Positions 23,764 through 27,740 of a stretch of 27,740 bases of DNA are shown piece by piece. Position 1 is the first letter of the stretch, and every line of letters starts with the position of its first letter. A program made the translations under genes and the position numbers. The notes beneath the pieces are model-generated. The model saw only the letters and a list, made by a program, of their open reading frames with translations, searched no databases and was not told where the DNA came from. Source of the DNA: a virus (taxonomy: Duplodnaviria; Caudoviricetes); IMG/VR virus record IMGVR_UViG_3300044784_000026, positions 1 to 27,740 of that record; one strand, written 5' to 3'.

Positions 23764-24318
23764 ATGGATTGGTACGAGGTCGCAGACACCGCCGTTGGGG
23801 TGCACCACGCGTCGCAGCACCGCGACGAGTTGGCCGCCGCCCTCACGGTGGTCGCCGACCTCGGCCCGTCGGTCATCGTCGAGATCGGGTGTGACGCCGG
23901 CGGCACCCTGTACGCGTGGCGGCAGGTGTGCGACCGGGTGTACGGCATCACCGCGGCGGACAACAGCTACGAGGCGGGCGGCAGTAGCCGGCCGTTGGAT
24001 GCGCACGGCAGCGTCGTCCTGATCGGCGACTCGCACGACCCGAGCAGCGTCGCCTGGCTGGATGCCCAACTGGCCGGCGACCCGGTGGACGCCCTGATCA
24101 TCGACGGCGACCACACCTACGCCGGCGTCAGCGACGACCTGGGGCGGTACGGACCGCTGGTGCGGCCCGGCGGGCTGATCCTGCTGCACGACATCGTGAC
24201 CGTCGACCCGCGGGCCGAGGTCCGCCTGCTGTGGCCCGAGCTGGTCGACCGGTACCGGACCACCCAGATCCGCGGCCCGTTCGGGTGGGGCGTCATCCAC
24301 TGGGACGGCGCCGCATGA
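23764..24318 (+). CDS. class I SAM-dependent methyltransferase (Methyltransf_24-like)
   Basis: IVEIGCDAGGT, IGDS, DALIIDGDHTY.GV..D and LVRPGGLILLHD. Confidence 0.9.
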   Translation: MDWYEVADTAVGVHHASQHRDELAAALTVVADLGPSVIVEIGCDAGGTLYAWRQVCDRVYGITAADNSYEAGGSSRPLDAHGSVVLIGDSHDPSSVAWLDAQLAGDPVDALIIDGDHTYAGVSDDLGRYGPLVRPGGLILLHDIVTVDPRAEVRLLWPELVDRYRTTQIRGPFGWGVIHWDGAA

Positions 24319-25190
24319 CCATCTACCGGATCCAACGATCGACCGAGGTCACCCTGTCGAAGACGCTCACCGTCGACGAGGTGGACACGGATGCGGTGGG
24401 CACGGTCACCTGGGCCGTCACCCGGCTGAACGGCGACGCGGTCGCCAACGGCAACGCCGCCCACGGGGCCACCGGCGTCTACTCGTTCGCCCTGCCCGAG
24501 TACGCCCAGGTCGACATTCAGCGCCTGGTGTGGACGGCCAACCTGGCCGGCGCGATCGTCTCACTCGAGGACGTCGTCGAGATCGTCGGCGGGTTCCTGT
24601 TCGGCCTGGGCGAGGCCCGCGCCAAGCACAAGTCGCTGCAGAGTCTCACGACGTTCCCGCCGGCGATGTTGGCCGAGCGGCGGATCGAGGTTGAGCACGA
24701 ATGCGAGTCGATCTGCCACCAGGCGTGGGTGCCGCGGTTCGCCCGGGTCCGCCTGGACGGGTCGGGCACCAACGAGTTGATCGTGCCCGACCTGATGGTC
24801 CGCACCGTCCGGGCGGCGTCGGTGGCCGAACGGTACGGCGCGGCCCTGGTGCCGTTGACGTCCGACCAGTTGGCGGCGGTCGCCCCCGAACCGTCCGGGG
24901 TGCTCATCCGCGACGACGGCGCGGTGTGGCCCCGCGGCCACCAGAACGTGATCGTCGACTACGAGCATGGGGCGGACCGGCCACCCGAGGACATTCACCA
25001 AAACTCGATGCTGCGCCTGCGGTCGGTGATGGGACGCACCACGTCCGGCATCCCGGACCGGGTATTGTCCTATTCGATCGCCGACGGCGGCATTTACCGG
25101 ATCGCCCTGCCCAGTGCCACCTCGACCGGCATCCCCGACATCGACGCCGCCTACAAACGGCACGGCCACGATCGGGTGTGGATTTCGTGA
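24315..25190 (+). CDS. head-tail adaptor/connector with N-terminal beta-rich (Ig-like) domain
   Basis: ATGA overlap; WPRG..NV.V.YEHG...PP.DI...and TGIPDIDA motifs; position after capsid. Confidence 0.75.
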   Translation: MTIYRIQRSTEVTLSKTLTVDEVDTDAVGTVTWAVTRLNGDAVANGNAAHGATGVYSFALPEYAQVDIQRLVWTANLAGAIVSLEDVVEIVGGFLFGLGEARAKHKSLQSLTTFPPAMLAERRIEVEHECESICHQAWVPRFARVRLDGSGTNELIVPDLMVRTVRAASVAERYGAALVPLTSDQLAAVAPEPSGVLIRDDGAVWPRGHQNVIVDYEHGADRPPEDIHQNSMLRLRSVMGRTTSGIPDRVLSYSIADGGIYRIALPSATSTGIPDIDAAYKRHGHDRVWIS

Positions 25191-25366
25191 ATGGTCTTCG
25201 CATGGTGGGCGGCACCCTCGCAAGCACCGCGGGGACCCGGGTGGGCCGAACCGCGCGGTGGCCCGCATCGCTCAGTTGGACGCGGTTTCAGGGGCGGCGG
25301 TCCGGCGTGTACGTGCGCCTCGGCAACCGAGCCGCGTACGTCTGCCTCACGTGGCGGACGCCATGA
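25187..25366 (+). CDS. 59-aa Arg-rich hypothetical protein
   Basis: GTGA and ATGA overlaps with both neighbours; fills the gap exactly. Confidence 0.5.
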   Translation: MNGLRMVGGTLASTAGTRVGRTARWPASLSWTRFQGRRSGVYVRLGNRAAYVCLTWRTP

Positions 25367-25809
25367 TCACCGGTCTGGGGGCGCGGCAGGCCCTGTTCAC
25401 GCTGCTGGAAGCCAAGACAGCGCCCGGCCAGCCCCTCGAAGGCTGGGACGTCACCGAGCGGGTGCCCGGCGAGTTCGGGCAACGCTGCATCTACGGCGGT
25501 GGTCGCCGGTTCGTCCACACCGACATGGTGGCCGAGGGCCCGGGCGTGATGGTCGCTGTCGTCACCACCCAGACCGTGTACATCCGCACCATGAACAGCG
25601 GCCCCGACGCCGATGTGGACACCGAGGCCGACGCCGAGGACGCCGCGCAGATCATCGCCAAGATCCTCAAAGACAATCCGAAGCTGGGCGGGGGGCTGAC
25701 CTGGCAGGGCATCGCGAGCGGGTTCGGCGACTACGAATCCACCGGCGACGACCAGGTCACCAACGTGGTCTTAAACATCCTGCTCGGGCGGGCGATCAGT
25801 TATGACTGA
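25363..25809 (+). CDS. probable tail terminator / head-tail joining protein
   Basis: Position; ...I..ILKDNPKLGG motif; ATG 25363. Confidence 0.65.
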   Translation: MITGLGARQALFTLLEAKTAPGQPLEGWDVTERVPGEFGQRCIYGGGRRFVHTDMVAEGPGVMVAVVTTQTVYIRTMNSGPDADVDTEADAEDAAQIIAKILKDNPKLGGGLTWQGIASGFGDYESTGDDQVTNVVLNILLGRAISYD

Positions 25810-26110
25810 CGACGTTCGGGTGGTCTTTCATGACCGGGGGCTGGCCGAGCTGATGGGCGAGCCGGTCATGGGCGAGATGCTGGTCGAGGCCGCCGAGCCC
25901 GGCGTGCGTGAAGCCCGCTTCCGCGCACCGAAAGAGACCGGGGCGGGTGCGTTCAGCATCGCCGCCGAGGCGGTCCGGGACTTCGGGGAGTGGGCCGCAC
26001 ACGTCGGCTGGTCGAGGACCCGGTTTTACATGTACTTCCACGAGCGCGGCACCCGGCGGCTGCCGGCCCGGCCGTTCCTTGTTCCATCGTTCAGAGGAGC
26101 CCACCCATGA
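25802..26110 (+). CDS. HK97 gp10-like tail completion protein
   Basis: AP.ETG...SI...VGW...FYMYFHE.GT..LPARPFL.P. Confidence 0.85.
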   Translation: MTDDVRVVFHDRGLAELMGEPVMGEMLVEAAEPGVREARFRAPKETGAGAFSIAAEAVRDFGEWAAHVGWSRTRFYMYFHERGTRRLPARPFLVPSFRGAHP

Positions 26111-26415
26111 CCGGACCGACATCGGTACCCGACCCGTACGCCGCGGACCACGAGCTGCAGGAGTACATGCTCGCGCAGCAGGAGGAATTCGCCGAGTGGG
26201 TGGCCGCCCAGGACATCTACTTCGGCATCGCCCTTGCGCACCGCGCGGGCGACCCCATCTCGAAGTCGAATATGGAACGTCACGGCTACGCCAAGAACGG
26301 CCTGGCGGTCAAGCGCAACAGCAAGGAGGGCCGCGCCATCACGGGCGAGCCGGAACCCGTGCCCGAGAAGAAGGGCAAGGCCACCGACGAGGAGAAGGCT
26401 GGGGGTAACGCCTGA
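26107..26415 (+). CDS. hypothetical tail-region protein
   Basis: GAGGAG RBS, ATGA overlap; WVA.QDI....ALA..AGDP..SN.ERHG. Confidence 0.75.
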   Translation: MTGPTSVPDPYAADHELQEYMLAQQEEFAEWVAAQDIYFGIALAHRAGDPISKSNMERHGYAKNGLAVKRNSKEGRAITGEPEPVPEKKGKATDEEKAGGNA

Positions 26416-27005
26416 TGTCACTCACAACCGCTGTCCCGCTGCTCATCACCGACCCCGGCTTCATCTTCATCGCCGACCTGGGCACGGCCGAGCCGACGCA
26501 CGCCGCCCTGGCGTCCACCTACGACCTGGACGTGTGGGGCGTGGCGTGGGTGTCCGCGGGCGCCACCGAGGACGGGTCCAAGTTCAAGTACGCGTCCGAG
26601 GTCGAGGCCGTCGAGGTGGCCGAGTTCCTCGACCCGATCAAGTACGCGACCACCGGCCGGGCCGGGTCGTTCGCGTTCGCCATGGCCAACTACACGCTGA
26701 AGAACATCCAGCGGGTCTTCAACGGCGGCACCGTCTCCACCGTGTCCGGATCGGGCGTCACCCTGTCGTCCAAGTACGTCCCGCCGGCGCCGGGCGGCGA
26801 GTTGCGCCGGATGATCGGCTACGAGTCGCTGGACCACACCTTCCGGATCGTCATGTACCAGTGCCTGCAGGGCGGCGAGATGGAAACGGTGTTCGGCAGG
26901 GCCCCGTCGAAGTCGCTGCTGCCGGCCGAGTTCAAGTTCGAGGTGCCGTCGTCCGGCAACCCGTTCGCCATGTACGGCGCGGGCACCGGAAGGCTGGGCG
27001 TCTGA
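26415..27005 (+). CDS. major tail (tube) protein
   Basis: PG.IFIA.LGT.EP, W...GATEDG..F.Y and VEVAE..DPI motifs; upstream of the chaperone. Confidence 0.88.
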   Translation: MSLTTAVPLLITDPGFIFIADLGTAEPTHAALASTYDLDVWGVAWVSAGATEDGSKFKYASEVEAVEVAEFLDPIKYATTGRAGSFAFAMANYTLKNIQRVFNGGTVSTVSGSGVTLSSKYVPPAPGGELRRMIGYESLDHTFRIVMYQCLQGGEMETVFGRAPSKSLLPAEFKFEVPSSGNPFAMYGAGTGRLGV

Positions 27006-27604
27006 TGGCCACCCGACACCTTGAGGGCGAGTTCGGCACCCCGCGGGAAGCGGTCGACGCCGACTTCCCCTACTTCGGCGAGACGATCCGCCTACACCCC
27101 GACGCCAACGACCTCGCCTACACGGAGATGATGATCCGGGCCCGGGACATCGACATGGACGACCTGGACCCTAACGACCCGTCCACATGGGACCCCGAAC
27201 TGGTGGCGGCCGCGAAGGAGGCGGCCGACCTCGCCGCCGACATGATCCGGCAGCAGATCCACCCCGACGACTGGGCGCGGTTCTGGAAGACGGCCCGGGC
27301 CAACCGGCAGATGACCATCGACCTCATGACCCTCTCGCAGCGCCTCGCGGAGTTGGTCGCAAATTTCCGTACAGCGCCATCGGCCGCCTCGTCGCCTGGG
27401 CGGCGGACCACCAAGTCGAAATCGAGGGCCGGCTCATCCTCGCGGGCTCGCCGTACACCTTCACCCTCGGTGCGCGACACGGTGATCACCCTCGAGCAAT
27501 TCAGGGGTCGGCCCGACCTGAAGGCGGCGGCATTGCAGGCGGAGATGGCGCGGCGGGCGGCGGCGGCCGAGGAGGCGGCGGAGGCTGCGGGCGAAGCCAG
27601 CTGA
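27005..27604 (+). CDS. tail assembly chaperone (G form)
   Basis: TGATG coupling; position after tail tube; contains a slippery site. Confidence 0.85.
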   Translation: MATRHLEGEFGTPREAVDADFPYFGETIRLHPDANDLAYTEMMIRARDIDMDDLDPNDPSTWDPELVAAAKEAADLAADMIRQQIHPDDWARFWKTARANRQMTIDLMTLSQRLAELVANFRTAPSAASSPGRRTTKSKSRAGSSSRARRTPSPSVRDTVITLEQFRGRPDLKAAALQAEMARRAAAAEEAAEAAGEAS

Positions 27605-27740
27605 CATTCTCCGAGTTGTGCGCCGTCACGTACGCCATCCTGGTCGAAAACCTGGAGCGGTACTCGGTGGCCCTGTTCACCGTGGCCGGTGTCGCGGCCG
27701 CCCGCGGCGGCCCGGTCGAGATGCCCGACCCGGACGACAT
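27361..27740 (+). CDS. -1 frameshift extension of tail assembly chaperone (GT form, runs off window)
   Basis: A AAT TTC at 27361-27367 in XXXYYYZ phase; -1 frame FPYSAIGRLVAWAADHQVEIEGRLILAG...LTFSELCAVTYAILVE... is open to the window end with no suitable start codon of its own. Confidence 0.8.

Noticed and set aside
19176-24300. Minus-strand ORFs over protease, capsid and GT genes (364, 278, 275, 269, 404 aa)
   Set aside because: Antisense shadows of well-supported plus-strand genes.
26234-27004. 456-aa ORF as a single protein
   Set aside because: Upstream part is an off-frame read of the tail tube gene; the real start is ATG 27005.
1-27740. Integrase, att sites, IS elements, rRNA/tRNA
   Set aside because: None recognisable in this window, so prophage versus free phage cannot be decided.

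Overview
High-GC, all plus-strand segment of a siphovirus-type actinobacteriophage (prophage or circularly permuted assembly). Left part (1-10968): early/middle genes, mostly coupled by ATGA/GTGA overlaps. These include YqaJ exonuclease plus RecT, a MerR-like HTH, an Hjc-like resolvase, an XRE HTH, a TcmP-like methyltransferase / HNH / ParB-DUF5131 radical-SAM-like cassette, a second HNH and a probable replication initiator. Right part (11067-27740): late genes. A fibre-like module precedes HNH, a probable cos region, TerS/TerL, HK97 portal, two paralogous His-motif proteins, prohead protease and major capsid. A GT4-FkbM plus methyltransferase cassette then sits before the head-tail genes, tail tube and a -1 frameshifted tail assembly chaperone. 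Most notable: (i) a short helix motif shared by the portal tail, the protease tail and the leaders of two KHLPGxHxQxTHG proteins, a candidate capsid cargo-loading and processing system; (ii) the TcmP/ParB-DUF5131 candidate DNA-modification cassette; (iii) the candidate virion glycan cassette; (iv) two matching promoters with tandem 17-bp palindromic boxes. All family calls come from motif recognition by eye, not database searches.
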